Shown: one piece after another, positions 10,364-21,620 of the stretch
Numbering within the stretch: position 1 is the first letter of the stretch
Layout: the number at the start of each line of letters is the position of its first letter
From: Bacilli bacterium
Lineage (GTDB): Bacteria > Bacillota_I > Bacilli_A > RFN20 > UBA1709
Length of the DNA: 64,000 bases
Direction of reading: 5' to 3'
Assembly: GCA_028693955.1 (NCBI GenBank)
Contig: JAQUUH010000001.1
Span: 16,260-80,259, forward strand
The notes under the pieces: model-generated
Seen by the model: the letters and a program-made list of their open reading frames with translations, nothing else
Told to the model about the DNA's origin: nothing
Databases searched by the model: none
Translations under genes and position numbers: made by a program

Positions 10364-12715
10364 ATGGCTGTATATGTCAATGAGTTAGCAAAAGAGTTTC
10401 ATTTACAAAGTTCTCTAACAAGTTATATTTTTAAGGTGCATGAATCTGGTCATCTTATTCAACTTTACTATGGTGATAGGTTAGATAACTGCCAAGATTT
10501 TTCTTTTCTTTATAAAAATTATTCTTGTGAAACAGGCAGTACAGTAATGTATAAAAAGGATTCTAATTATTCAATGGCACATCATTTATATGAATACCCT
10601 TTTTATGGTAAAGGGGATTTTAGAGAGCCAGCATTAGATATTTTATTTACTGATGGTAGCAAAATTTTTGACTTAAAGTACGATTCATATGAAATATTAG
10701 ATAAGAAATATGAAATAGTAGGATTGCCATATTCAATTGGTAATAATATGCAATCATTGATTATAAAGTTAGTTGATAATAAGGCAAAAATTTCTGTGTT
10801 TTTAAATTATGCTATATTTGAAGAGGCAAATGTAATAACACGCAGTGTAAAAATTGTAAATAATAATGATAATAAAATAATTTTAAATAAAATAATGAGT
10901 CTGAATTTAGATATTATAGATGGCGAGTTTAATGCGGTAACTCTAGATGGTGCTTGGATTAGGGAAAGACACATTAGTGAACATCAAATTGATAATGGTG
11001 TCTTTTATATAGATTCAAAAAAAGGCGTTAGTAGTTCTGATCATAATCCATTTATATGTTTAAAGGAATTAAATGCCTCTGAAAATAATGGTAGATGCTA
11101 TGGTTTTTCTATAATTTATAGCGGTAATCATAGATTTAATGTAGAAAAGAATCCATACGATATTATTAGAGTTCAGTGTGGAATAAATCCTTTTGATTTT
11201 AAATGGACATTAAATGGAAATGATTCTTTTGAAACGCCAGAGGCAGTAATGACATTTTCTAGCATGGGGTTAAATCAGATGAGCCAAAATTTTCATAATT
11301 TTATTAATAATAATGTAGTAAGAGGTCCATATAAATTTAGTGATAGGCCAATTCTTATAAATAATTGGGAAGCTACATATTTTGATTTCAACACAATTAA
11401 ACTTTTAAATATCGCTAAGGAAGCAAAAAAATTGGGTATTGAGTTATTCGTTTTAGATGATGGTTGGTTTGGTCATCGTAATGATGATAAAAGTTCCTTG
11501 GGAGATTGGTATCCTAATTTGAAAAAAATTCGTGGTGGAATAAAGAGAATATCTAAACAAATTAATCAAATAGGTCTCAAGTTTGGAATTTGGGTTGAAC
11601 CAGAAATGATTTCTTTTGATAGTGATCTTTATAAGAATCATCCTGAGTGGATGATAAAACATCCAAATCATGATATTTCTATTGCAAGAAATCAGGCAGT
11701 TTTAGATCTAGCAAATCCTAATGTAATTGAATATTTATTTACTTCGCTAGAAAAATTATTTAGTGAGTCAAACATTGAATATGTAAAATGGGACATGAAT
11801 AGGAATTTTTCAGATATATATTCTAACTATCTAGCAGTAGATCAACAGGAAAGTTATGTTCATCGCTATTATTTAGGATTATATTCACTATTAGAGAAAT
11901 TAACTAGTCGTTTTCCAAACATTTTGTTTGAATCTTGTGCTAGTGGTGGAAATCGTTTTGATATGGGAATGCTTGTTTATATGCAACAAATATGGTGTAG
12001 TGATAATAACGATCCATATGAACGTCAACTAATTCAATATGGAACTTCTTTATTGTATCCACCATCAACCATGGGAGCTCATGTGGCCACAAATGTTAAT
12101 CACCAAATATTTAGAAAAACATCTATAGAATCAAGATTTAATGTAGCTGCCTTCGGGTTATTAGGATATGAATTAGATTTAACTAGTCTATCAAAATTTG
12201 AAAAAGAATGTATTAAAAATCAAATAAAATTTTATAAGAAAAATAGGGAGCTTTTTCAATATGGAAAGTTTTATAGAATAGACAATCCATTTAAAGGAAA
12301 TAAATGTTCATGGATGGTAGTTTCTAGTGATAAAAAAGAGGCATTATATGGGAATTATTTAGGATTAGTAAAACCAAATCCTAAAATAGATAAACTTTTT
12401 GTTACTGGTTTAAATGATAAATATCATTACAATATTACTACACGTACTCAATATACTAATATCAAAACTTTTGGAACTATGATTAATCACATTTCTCCAA
12501 TTAAAATAAAAGAAGACCATTTAATTCAAAATTTTTTAGATAAGTTTTATATGTTCAAATTGGAAACCGAGTTTATTAATATGAATGGTGATCAATTAAT
12601 GAAATGTGGTTTTTTCCCAAAACATCAATTCACAGGTACTGGGTACAATAAAGATGTTAGAATAATGGGAGATTTTGGTTCGAGAATTTATAAGATATCT
12701 GCAAAGGAGGAATAA
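10364..12715 (+). CDS. alpha-galactosidase, glycoside hydrolase family 36
   Basis: GH36 core ILINNWEATYFDF...FVLDDGWFG. ATG at 10364 follows AGGGG at an 8-nt spacing. The track start at 10355 is a GTG. Confidence 0.85.
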   Translation: MAVYVNELAKEFHLQSSLTSYIFKVHESGHLIQLYYGDRLDNCQDFSFLYKNYSCETGSTVMYKKDSNYSMAHHLYEYPFYGKGDFREPALDILFTDGSKIFDLKYDSYEILDKKYEIVGLPYSIGNNMQSLIIKLVDNKAKISVFLNYAIFEEANVITRSVKIVNNNDNKIILNKIMSLNLDIIDGEFNAVTLDGAWIRERHISEHQIDNGVFYIDSKKGVSSSDHNPFICLKELNASENNGRCYGFSIIYSGNHRFNVEKNPYDIIRVQCGINPFDFKWTLNGNDSFETPEAVMTFSSMGLNQMSQNFHNFINNNVVRGPYKFSDRPILINNWEATYFDFNTIKLLNIAKEAKKLGIELFVLDDGWFGHRNDDKSSLGDWYPNLKKIRGGIKRISKQINQIGLKFGIWVEPEMISFDSDLYKNHPEWMIKHPNHDISIARNQAVLDLANPNVIEYLFTSLEKLFSESNIEYVKWDMNRNFSDIYSNYLAVDQQESYVHRYYLGLYSLLEKLTSRFPNILFESCASGGNRFDMGMLVYMQQIWCSDNNDPYERQLIQYGTSLLYPPSTMGAHVATNVNHQIFRKTSIESRFNVAAFGLLGYELDLTSLSKFEKECIKNQIKFYKKNRELFQYGKFYRIDNPFKGNKCSWMVVSSDKKEALYGNYLGLVKPNPKIDKLFVTGLNDKYHYNITTRTQYTNIKTFGTMINHISPIKIKEDHLIQNFLDKFYMFKLETEFINMNGDQLMKCGFFPKHQFTGTGYNKDVRIMGDFGSRIYKISAKEE

Positions 12716-12721
12716 TTTAAG

Positions 12722-15106
12722 ATGTTAGAACGCTTTAATTTGAATTATGGCTGGCAGTTTTTAAATTATTTTAATGATGAATTTTCTTATTCGCAAAACT
12801 TGAAAAATTCATCAATTGTTGATTTACCACATACATGTAAAATTATTCCATATAATAATTTTGATGAGAAATCTCTTTTATTTGTTTCAACATATTTAAA
12901 AAATATATATATTAGTGATAGACTTAAAAAAAATCAGATTTTTTTAACTTTTGAAGGGGTAATGAGCACGTGTGAAATCTATGTAAATGGTAATTTTGCG
13001 GGTAGTCATTTTGGCGGGTATACAGGATTTTCAATTGATATTACACCTTATGTTCTTTTTAACTCTAACAATACTTTTGTGATAAAAGTTGATTCTAATG
13101 AAAATAAAGATGTTCCCCCTTTTGGTGGCGTAATAGATTATTTATGTTATGGCGGAATATATAGAGAGGTATATATGGATGTATATGGTGAAAATCATTT
13201 GAAGTACGTATTAATATCTTCTCAAAATAAGCAAATAGAGATTAATTATATTTTTCAGCAAGAAAGCAAAAATATCGCAATTGATGGCGAAATAATTGAT
13301 GGAAATGGAGAAGTTGTTTCTACATTTTCTTTTAATGGCAATATTGTTGATAATGAATTAAAATATGTTCATGATTTTGCAAATGCACACCTATGGTCAA
13401 TAAGTGATCCATACTTATATAGATTAAAAACTAAATTTTATGTAAATAATAATCTTGTTGATGAAAAAGAAGATGTTTTTGGAATAAGAAATATAAAATT
13501 AGATAACAGGAATATTTACATAAATGATGAAAAAATTCATTTACTAGGATTAAATAGACATCAAAGTTATCCATATGTTGGTTATGCTATGCCAAAATCG
13601 CAGCAATATCTTGATGCTGAAATTTTAAAAAAGAAATTAAATTGTAACATTGTAAGATCAAGTCACTATCCTCAAAGTAGACATTTTTATGATAGATGTG
13701 ATCAACTAGGGTTATTGGTGTTGATAGAAGTGCCAGGATGGCAATATATCGGTAATGAGAAATGGCAAAAAAATTTACTAGATACAACAAAAGAGATGCT
13801 TTTCCAAAATTTTAATCATCCTTCAATAATCATTTGGGGAACGAGGGTTAATGAATCTTCAGATAACCACCAACTTTATACAAAAACAAATGCCATTGTG
13901 AAAAAATATGATAAGTATCGTCCAACAGGAGGAGTTCGTAACTTTCCAAATAGCGATTTTTTAGAAGATATATACACATATAATGATTTTGTTCATTCTG
14001 GTAATAATCAAGGAATAAGTAAGCCAAGTAAAATCTATAAAAAGAGCGTTCCTATTTTAATTACTGAACATAACGGACACATGTATCCTGTAAAGAAAAA
14101 TGATAATATATTGATTAGGATAAATCATTCACTTAGACACGCAAAAGTGATTAATGATTCTTATAAATATAAAGGAATTATTGGGGCGATTGGTTGGTGT
14201 ATGTTTGATTATAATACCCATTTTCAATTTGGAAGCGGAGATCGTATTTGCTACCATGGAGTCTTAGATATGTATAGATTACCAAAAGAAGCATCTTATG
14301 TTTACGCTAGTCAGCAAGACAAAGTTCCATATCTTGAGGTTGCCTCAAATTTTTCTCCTGGAGATATACCTAAAATGATATATGATAAAATTGTAGTGTA
14401 TAGCAATGTTGATTACCTTAAATTATATAAAAAAGATTGTTATATAGGGAAATTTTATAAAAGTTCAGATTTTTCTAAAATGAAAAACCCTCCTATTATT
14501 ATAAAAGATACAGTTGGAGAAATCATGGAAAAAAATGAAAAATTTTCCCATCGTGATTCTAATAAAATCAAAAATATTATGTATAAAATTGTTGATGGAG
14601 GCACAACAAATTTATCTATTTTTGACAAATTGAGTATGTTTTTTATTATGAAGAAATATAATTTAAATATTAAAGATGGCGAAAGATTGTTCAATGATTA
14701 TTTCTCTACTCTTAACTTAGAAAATGAATATTATACTTTCGTTGGTTATAAAAATAATACAAAAGTTATTGAAAAAAAATATGGTGTTTCAAACAATTTT
14801 TTGTATAGAAGTGAAATTGATCACGATTTACTTATTGAAGATGAAACTTATGATGTATCAAAAATAGATATATATAAAGTTAATGAATATGGAATGCATT
14901 GTGATTATGCAAGTGATGTAATTTATATAGAAGTCTCTGGACCAATAGAAATAGTAGGACCAAGTAAATTGTCATTAATTGGTGGCTCAATTTCTACTTA
15001 TATTAAAAGTATTTCAAAATCGGGAGCTGCCGAAATTAATATTTACAGTAATGGTAGCTTAATTTCAAATATTAAATTAAGAGTTCTTAAAAAGGATATA
15101 AAATAA
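12722..15106 (+). CDS. glycoside hydrolase family 2 (beta-galactosidase-like)
   Basis: GH2 sugar-binding N-terminus NYGWQF. Acid/base motif WGTRVNES and nucleophile motif ILITEHNG. An extra C-terminal domain of about 250 aa follows. Confidence 0.75.
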   Translation: MLERFNLNYGWQFLNYFNDEFSYSQNLKNSSIVDLPHTCKIIPYNNFDEKSLLFVSTYLKNIYISDRLKKNQIFLTFEGVMSTCEIYVNGNFAGSHFGGYTGFSIDITPYVLFNSNNTFVIKVDSNENKDVPPFGGVIDYLCYGGIYREVYMDVYGENHLKYVLISSQNKQIEINYIFQQESKNIAIDGEIIDGNGEVVSTFSFNGNIVDNELKYVHDFANAHLWSISDPYLYRLKTKFYVNNNLVDEKEDVFGIRNIKLDNRNIYINDEKIHLLGLNRHQSYPYVGYAMPKSQQYLDAEILKKKLNCNIVRSSHYPQSRHFYDRCDQLGLLVLIEVPGWQYIGNEKWQKNLLDTTKEMLFQNFNHPSIIIWGTRVNESSDNHQLYTKTNAIVKKYDKYRPTGGVRNFPNSDFLEDIYTYNDFVHSGNNQGISKPSKIYKKSVPILITEHNGHMYPVKKNDNILIRINHSLRHAKVINDSYKYKGIIGAIGWCMFDYNTHFQFGSGDRICYHGVLDMYRLPKEASYVYASQQDKVPYLEVASNFSPGDIPKMIYDKIVVYSNVDYLKLYKKDCYIGKFYKSSDFSKMKNPPIIIKDTVGEIMEKNEKFSHRDSNKIKNIMYKIVDGGTTNLSIFDKLSMFFIMKKYNLNIKDGERLFNDYFSTLNLENEYYTFVGYKNNTKVIEKKYGVSNNFLYRSEIDHDLLIEDETYDVSKIDIYKVNEYGMHCDYASDVIYIEVSGPIEIVGPSKLSLIGGSISTYIKSISKSGAAEINIYSNGSLISNIKLRVLKKDIK

Positions 15107-15107
15107 A

Positions 15108-16277
15108 ATGAAAGGAAAAATTATTAATATTTTTAAAAATGTGTTTAATTGTGAACCTCAGTTAGTAGCTTTTTCTCCAGGTAGAATTAATCTTATGGGA
15201 GAACATTTGGACTACAACGGCGGGAGTGTTTTGCCTTGTTCTATTTCTTTAGGTATTTATGGTGCAATTTCATTAAGCTCTAGTAATAAAATTAATTTGT
15301 ATTCATCTAATGTTAAAGAGGGTATCTTAAAATATGATATAGATAGACCTTTAGAGTTGCAAAAAAACAAAAAATGGAGTGATTATATTGCTGGTATTAT
15401 ATGGATTCTTAAAAAGGAAAAGTTTATTAGTTTAGAAAAAGGATTTAATATGGTAATTTTTGGTGATTTACCAAATTCATCTGGATTATCTAGTTCAGCT
15501 GCTCTTGAAACCTTAGCAATATTTTTGATTAATGAGTTATACCATTTAAAATTGTCGAAAATTGATTTAGCGATATTAGCAAAAAAATGCGAAAATGACT
15601 TTATTGGTGTGAAGTGTGGCATAATGGATCAATTTTCAGTGGTTTTTGGTAAGAGTAACAAAGCAATTTATCTTAATAGTCAAAATATTAATGATTTTAG
15701 ATATGTTTCTCTTGAAAATAATGATTATTCTTTCTTAATTGTTAACAGTAACCTGAAAAGAAATCTTGCTTCTTCAAAGTATAATCAAAGGTATCAAGAG
15801 TGCCAAGAAATTTTAAAAATAATTAATGAAAAAAATGGTAGTGATTATTTATATATATGCAATTTTCCATTAGAAAATAAAAATTATTATTTATCTCAAA
15901 TTGACTCTGAATTATTAAAAAATAGGTTTAAGCACATAATAGAAGAAAATGAAAGGACAAAGAATTCAGCATATTATCTTGAAAACAATGATTTTTTATC
16001 TTTTGGGGAAATAATGTATGAATCTCACGAATCTTTAAAAAAATTTTATGAAGTCTCTTGTGCTGAATTAGATGAAATTGTTGAAATTGCATATAGAAAC
16101 GATGCTATTGGAGCAAGAATGACTGGAGCGGGCTTTGGTGGGTGTGTTATAATCTTAGCAAAGATTAGCAATATAAAAAAATTGAAAGAAAAGATTAAAG
16201 AACTCTTTTTCAAAAAATTCAATTTTTATCCATCAATGTATATTGTAAATATTGCTGATGGGACACATTTGTTATAG
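15108..16277 (+). CDS. galK: galactokinase
   Basis: GHMP kinase with the GalK signature PGRINLMGEHLDYNGG. Confidence 0.9.
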   Translation: MKGKIINIFKNVFNCEPQLVAFSPGRINLMGEHLDYNGGSVLPCSISLGIYGAISLSSSNKINLYSSNVKEGILKYDIDRPLELQKNKKWSDYIAGIIWILKKEKFISLEKGFNMVIFGDLPNSSGLSSSAALETLAIFLINELYHLKLSKIDLAILAKKCENDFIGVKCGIMDQFSVVFGKSNKAIYLNSQNINDFRYVSLENNDYSFLIVNSNLKRNLASSKYNQRYQECQEILKIINEKNGSDYLYICNFPLENKNYYLSQIDSELLKNRFKHIIEENERTKNSAYYLENNDFLSFGEIMYESHESLKKFYEVSCAELDEIVEIAYRNDAIGARMTGAGFGGCVIILAKISNIKKLKEKIKELFFKKFNFYPSMYIVNIADGTHLL

Positions 16278-16291
16278 AAAGAAGGAAGATT

Positions 16292-17275
16292 ATGAATATA
16301 TTAGTTGTAGGTGGAGCGGGTTATATAGGATCACACTGTGTAAAAAGATTAGCTGATGAGAAATATAATGTATATGTAATAGATAATTTAAGCAAAGGGC
16401 ATATTCAAGCAGTAGATAAAAGGGCAAAGTTTTTTCGTGGTGATTTATGTGACAGTAGATTTTTGAATGAATTTTTCAAATTGAATAAGATTGATGCAGT
16501 ATTGCATTTTGCTGCAATGTCACTGGTTGGCGAAAGTGTTGAAAAGCCTTTAGATTATTTTTGTAATAATGTTTTAGGAATGCAATTTCTTCTAAATAAT
16601 ATGGTTAAATATGGAGTTAAGAAAATTATTTTTTCTTCATCAGCAGCAGTTTATGGCGAGCCTAAAAATATCCCTATAACTGAAGAAAATGAAACAAATC
16701 CTACAAGCCCATATGGAGAAAGCAAATTGATGATGGAAAAAATAATGAAATGGACAGATAGAGCATATGGTGTTAAATATGTGGCTTTGCGCTATTTTAA
16801 TGTTGCTGGTGCTGATAAAAGTGGTACTATTGGTGAGGTTCATATTCCCGAGACACATTTGATACCTAAAATATTGGAAGTATGCTTGAAAAAAGAAGAA
16901 TTTTTAACAATATATGGAAATGATTATGATACTGTAGATGGAACTTGCATACGTGATTATATACATATTGATGATTTAATTGATGCTCATATTTTAGCAT
17001 TAAAGCATTTAATAAATGGTGGAGATTCTAAAATATATAATCTTGGTTCAGAAAGTGGTTTTTCTGTAAAAGAAATATTAGAGGCTGCAATTCATGTAAC
17101 TGGAATAGATATTCCTTATAAGATAGGATTGAGAAGAGCTGGTGATCCTAGTATATTGATTGCATCTAGCAATAAAATAAAAAAGGAACTTAACTGGAGT
17201 CCAAAGATGACGAAAGTAGAGGATTGCATAGAAAGTGCTTGGAAATTTCATAAAATGCATAAGCAGGGATATTAA
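16292..17275 (+). CDS. galE: UDP-glucose 4-epimerase
   Basis: GGAGYIGSH Rossmann motif and a YxxxK segment. 327 aa. Confidence 0.9.
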   Translation: MNILVVGGAGYIGSHCVKRLADEKYNVYVIDNLSKGHIQAVDKRAKFFRGDLCDSRFLNEFFKLNKIDAVLHFAAMSLVGESVEKPLDYFCNNVLGMQFLLNNMVKYGVKKIIFSSSAAVYGEPKNIPITEENETNPTSPYGESKLMMEKIMKWTDRAYGVKYVALRYFNVAGADKSGTIGEVHIPETHLIPKILEVCLKKEEFLTIYGNDYDTVDGTCIRDYIHIDDLIDAHILALKHLINGGDSKIYNLGSESGFSVKEILEAAIHVTGIDIPYKIGLRRAGDPSILIASSNKIKKELNWSPKMTKVEDCIESAWKFHKMHKQGY

Positions 17276-18762
17276 TGAATGATATAAGTGAGAACATAAT
17301 AAATCTAGTCTCATATTTATATAATAAAAAGATTATAGTTATTTCTGATATTCAGAAAAGTATTAAAAAAATTGAAAAAATTTTAAAAATAAATATTGAA
17401 ACTTATAATAACAAAATTATTTTAAACAGTGATCATGGTCAAATAAGTGATATTTTGTCTATGTTTTCAAATTATATGTTTGAAAACGGCAAAATTTCTG
17501 CTAATCAAAAAAAGTATTTTGAAGTTGAATTAATTAATTTGTTTTCTAAAACACATTTAGAAATAAACAAAAAATTTTGGAATATATATAAAGATAGCGG
17601 AGCATCAGTAGCTTTAGATTATTTTTATAATTATAATTGTTCTATTAACTATATTCACTTGAATGATATTAAGAAAAATATTTATTTTAAAGAAAGTATA
17701 GATAAAAATAAATTAGAAGTGACAATAAATATGTGTAAACCGGAAAAAGATCCCAAAGATATTATTGCGGATTTTAATAATGATTTAAATAAATATCAAA
17801 AGAATAATTTATCTCCAAAATGTGATTTATGTAAAGAAAATGAGGGTTATTCAAACAAAAAAGAAATTAATAAACAAAATCTAAGATTGATAGATTTAGT
17901 TCTAAACAAAGAGAAATGGCATTTACAGTTTTCTCCGTATTCATATTTTTATCAACATTCTATAGTGGTATCAGATAAACATAAACCAATGGAAATAAAT
18001 GAAACTACAATTTGTTATTTAATAGATTTCATCAATATGTTTCCCAACTATATTATAGGATCCAATGCTGATTTGCCTATAGTCGGAGGATCAATACTGA
18101 GCCACGAACATTTTCAATGCGGTTACCACCACTTTGCAATAGAAGAAGCTTTTCCTGTTTATAGTTTAGATTACGCTGATTTAAAATTATCAATACTAGA
18201 TTGGCCAATGACCTGCATAAGAATCGAATCAGTAGATAGCAAAAAAATAATGCAAAAGTACAAAGATGTTTTTAAAAATTGGAGTACATATAATAATAAT
18301 CAATTAAATATATTGTCAAAGACAGACAATAATCAACATAATACTTTAAATCCTATTTTAAGGAAAAAAGACAATAAATATATTTTATACATTATTTTGA
18401 GAAATAATAGGACCAATAAAAAATCTCCAGAAGGAATATTTCATGTAAAAAGAGAAAATCAAAATATAAAAAAAGAAAATATAGGATTAATAGAAGCCAT
18501 GGGGTTAGCTATTTTGCCAAGTAGATTAGAAAAAGAATTAGTGAACGTATCTGAATATGTGTTAGGAAATAATAATAATATTGAAAATATACATAGGGAA
18601 TGGGGCAATGAATTAAAACTAAAATATAACCTTAATAATTCAAAATTCGATATTAATAGAGAATTGGCAATTAAATTCTGGAATTGTTTAAAAGATTGTT
18701 GTGTATTGAATCCTCATAATTTGCTAGAGCTAGAAGAAATTATTAAAATATCAACTAAATAA
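17275..18762 (+). CDS. galT: galactose-1-phosphate uridylyltransferase (family 2, long Firmicute type)
   Basis: About 495 aa with GGSILSHEHFQ. Its ATG overlaps the galE stop (TAATG). Confidence 0.8.
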   Translation: MNDISENIINLVSYLYNKKIIVISDIQKSIKKIEKILKINIETYNNKIILNSDHGQISDILSMFSNYMFENGKISANQKKYFEVELINLFSKTHLEINKKFWNIYKDSGASVALDYFYNYNCSINYIHLNDIKKNIYFKESIDKNKLEVTINMCKPEKDPKDIIADFNNDLNKYQKNNLSPKCDLCKENEGYSNKKEINKQNLRLIDLVLNKEKWHLQFSPYSYFYQHSIVVSDKHKPMEINETTICYLIDFINMFPNYIIGSNADLPIVGGSILSHEHFQCGYHHFAIEEAFPVYSLDYADLKLSILDWPMTCIRIESVDSKKIMQKYKDVFKNWSTYNNNQLNILSKTDNNQHNTLNPILRKKDNKYILYIILRNNRTNKKSPEGIFHVKRENQNIKKENIGLIEAMGLAILPSRLEKELVNVSEYVLGNNNNIENIHREWGNELKLKYNLNNSKFDINRELAIKFWNCLKDCCVLNPHNLLELEEIIKISTK

Positions 18763-18823
18763 TTACTATAAAATGACCTTAATGTAATTTTTGAGTTTAT
18801 TTTTAGTTGTTTTTAAGTTGGCA

Positions 18824-18860
18824 TTTCACGCGAACTTAAATTTCGTGATTATTATTTATT
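18824..18860 (+). terminator. weak hairpin plus T-rich tract after galT
   Basis: tcacg ... cgtga stem followed by a T-rich tract. The stem is short and imperfect. Confidence 0.3.
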
Positions 18861-18864
18861 CTTT

Positions 18865-18873
18865 TGATATAAT
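18865..18873 (+). promoter_or_regulatory. extended -10 (TGaTATAAT) for rsmE
   Basis: TGATATAAT lies 19 nt upstream of the rsmE ATG. Confidence 0.4.
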
Positions 18874-18891
18874 GTCAATGGTGAAATAATT

Positions 18892-19641
18892 ATGCAACAA
18901 TATTTTGGAGTTTTTAAAAACGAGAAATTAATTAAATTAAATGAAATAGATTACCATCATATAAAAGATGTAATGCGTTTGAAAAGTGGAGATCAGATTT
19001 TGGTTGCCTTTGAGAATAAAATATACAAGTGTTCATTAAGATATGTAAATGACGGTTTTTATGGAGAAATAATTGAAGAGGATTTATCTAGTATTGAACT
19101 TAAAAAAAGATTAACATTGATATATGGAATGCCTAGAAATGAAAAATTTGAAATGATAATTCAAAAGGCATGTGAATTAGGTGTTTCAAGGATAATACCT
19201 TTTATATGTGAAAGATCAATTATTAAAATTGATAATAGTAAAGTTTCTTCCAAAATGGAAAGATGGAATAAAATTGCCAAAGAAGCTTGTGAACAATCTC
19301 ATAGATCAACAATTCCTTTGATTGAGAGACCTATATTAATTAAGGATTTACATTTGTATTTATCTGATATTAATGTTTGTGGTAATGAAAATTTGAAAGA
19401 TAATGGAACAAAAGAGCTTTTTGAATTTCTTGATTCAAATTTAGAATTAAATAAATCTTTTTCTATTTTGATTGGTCCTGAAGGAGGATTTTCTACTTCG
19501 GAATTTGATTTTTTCAAGAAAATAGGCTTTAAAGATTTTTCTTTTGGTCATAGAATTTTGAGGAGTGAAACAGCGGTAATATATATACTTTCTATATTTG
19601 CGTTCATGATAGAAAGAAGAGGTGTTAATGATGGTAAATAG
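18892..19641 (+). CDS. rsmE: 16S rRNA (uracil1498-N3)-methyltransferase RsmE
   Basis: C-terminal SPOUT motif ILIGPEGGFS. Synteny with Bacillus yqeU. Confidence 0.85.
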   Translation: MQQYFGVFKNEKLIKLNEIDYHHIKDVMRLKSGDQILVAFENKIYKCSLRYVNDGFYGEIIEEDLSSIELKKRLTLIYGMPRNEKFEMIIQKACELGVSRIIPFICERSIIKIDNSKVSSKMERWNKIAKEACEQSHRSTIPLIERPILIKDLHLYLSDINVCGNENLKDNGTKELFEFLDSNLELNKSFSILIGPEGGFSTSEFDFFKKIGFKDFSFGHRILRSETAVIYILSIFAFMIERRGVNDGK

Positions 19642-20950
19642 ACATTATAAAATAATAACATTAGGTTGCAAAGTTAATTCTTATGAAAGTGAAGGTATGG
19701 CTAATATATTGGAAAAACATAATTTTTTGGTTTGTAATGACAAAAATCAAAATCCTGATGTTGTAATAATTAATACTTGCACTGTAACAGGAGTAAGTGA
19801 TCATAAGAGTAGACAAATGATTAGAAGAGCAATCAAACAATATGAGGGTGCAAAAATATGTGTAGTAGGGTGTTATTCACAAATGGCACCTAGTGTTGTA
19901 GAGAAAATAGATGGTGTAGATATTATAATAGGAACCAAAAACCGTGATAAAATAGGAGAATATTTAGAAGAAAGTTATAAGAATAATTCAAAAATTATTG
20001 ATGTGCAAGAAACTCTAAGTAACCATGTTTTTGATCATCTTGAGGTAACCAGTTATTATGAAAATACAAGAGCATATCTTAAAATTCAAGATGGATGTAA
20101 CAATTTTTGTAGTTTTTGTATAATACCTTATGCAAGAGGTCCTGTAAGATCTAGACCTAAAAATGATGTTTTAGAGGAGGCAAGAAAATTAGTAAATAAT
20201 AATTTCAAAGAAATTGTTCTTACTGGAATTCATACTGCAGGATATGGGCAAGATCTTATTAATTATAGATTTTCAGATTTATTAGGAGATTTATTAAAAA
20301 TAAAATCTCTAGAAAGACTTAGAATATCTTCTATTGAAGAAAGTGAAATTGGAGAAGATTTTCTTGAAGTTATGAAAAAAAGCAATGGAATAATTGTTGA
20401 TCATCTTCATATACCTTTACAAGCTGGAAGTGATGCTATTTTGAAAAAAATGAATCGTAAATATAATACTTTACAATACGAGGAAACTATAAATAAAATT
20501 AGAAAAATTTATCCAGATATTTCCATTACTACTGATGTGATAGTTGGTTTTCCTGGAGAAAGTGATGAATTATTTGAAGAGACATATAAATTTATAGAAA
20601 AAATTAAATATGCGCAGTTGCATGTTTTTCCATATTCAATTCGTGATAATACTCCTGCATCTTTTATGAAAGAACAAATAAATCCAGCAATAAAAAAAGA
20701 AAGAGTTAAAAAATTAATTGCTTTATCAAATAAGCTTGCAATTGATTATGCAAAAAAATTTGAAAAAAGGATAATAAAAGTTTTATTTGAAACATATGAT
20801 GAAAAAACTAAAAAAGTTAAAGGACACACAACAAACTATTTGAAAGTTGAGGCTTTTGGAAACAAAAAAATGATTAATACTATAAAAAATGTTAAAATAG
20901 TAAAAAGTGGATTTCCAATTAATCAAGGTATTATAGTTGAAGGAGAGTGA
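19622..20950 (+). CDS. mtaB: tRNA t6A37 methylthiotransferase MtaB (MiaB-like radical SAM)
   Basis: MTTase N-domain followed by radical [11 protein letters not shown] and a TRAM domain. It follows rsmE, as yqeV does in Bacillus. Confidence 0.8.
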   Translation: MLMMVNRHYKIITLGCKVNSYESEGMANILEKHNFLVCNDKNQNPDVVIINTCTVTGVSDHKSRQMIRRAIKQYEGAKICVVGCYSQMAPSVVEKIDGVDIIIGTKNRDKIGEYLEESYKNNSKIIDVQETLSNHVFDHLEVTSYYENTRAYLKIQDGCNNFCSFCIIPYARGPVRSRPKNDVLEEARKLVNNNFKEIVLTGIHTAGYGQDLINYRFSDLLGDLLKIKSLERLRISSIEESEIGEDFLEVMKKSNGIIVDHLHIPLQAGSDAILKKMNRKYNTLQYEETINKIRKIYPDISITTDVIVGFPGESDELFEETYKFIEKIKYAQLHVFPYSIRDNTPASFMKEQINPAIKKERVKKLIALSNKLAIDYAKKFEKRIIKVLFETYDEKTKKVKGHTTNYLKVEAFGNKKMINTIKNVKIVKSGFPINQGIIVEGE

Positions 20951-20954
20951 TTTT

Positions 20955-21620
20955 GTGGAAAAATATAATAAATATATTGATCATACTTTATTAAAGCCTG
21001 ATTGTAGTTTAAAAGATATTGAGAAGTTATGTGATGAAGCAATTAAATACGATTTTAAATCAGTTTGTGTGAATCCAGGTTTTGTCTCTTTTTGCAAAAA
21101 TAAATTGAAGAATAGTAATGTTCTTGTTTGTAGTGTTATTGGATTTCCTTTAGGAGCTACAACAACACAAGTAAAAGCATTTGAAGCTAAAGAAGCAATT
21201 GAAAATGGTGCTGATGAGATTGATATGGTCATAAATATTTCTAAACTTAAAGATAAAGATTATGAATATGTATTAAATGATATTAAAAAAGTAGTAAAAT
21301 TTTCAAAAGATCATATAGTTAAAGTAATTATTGAAACTTGTCTACTTACGAATGAAGAGAAAATTAAGGTATGTGAACTAGCTGTTGAGGCTGGCGCAAA
21401 TTTTGTTAAAACATCAACTGGTTTTTCAACAGGAGGGGCAACGATAGAAGATGTAAAGTTAATGAGAAAAGTTGTTGGACCAAAAATAGGTGTAAAAGCA
21501 TCTGGTGGCGTTAGAAACAAGGAAGATATGATTAATTTTATTAATGCAGGTGCAACAAGAATTGGAACATCAAGCGGACCAAAACTAATTTTGGGAGAAA
21601 TTAGCGACGAAAAATATTAA
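20955..21620 (+). CDS. deoC: deoxyribose-phosphate aldolase
   Basis: IDHTLLKPD signature. GTG at 20955 follows AGGAG at a 9-nt spacing. The track start at 20937 is a TTG. Confidence 0.85.
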   Translation: MEKYNKYIDHTLLKPDCSLKDIEKLCDEAIKYDFKSVCVNPGFVSFCKNKLKNSNVLVCSVIGFPLGATTTQVKAFEAKEAIENGADEIDMVINISKLKDKDYEYVLNDIKKVVKFSKDHIVKVIIETCLLTNEEKIKVCELAVEAGANFVKTSTGFSTGGATIEDVKLMRKVVGPKIGVKASGGVRNKEDMINFINAGATRIGTSSGPKLILGEISDEKY

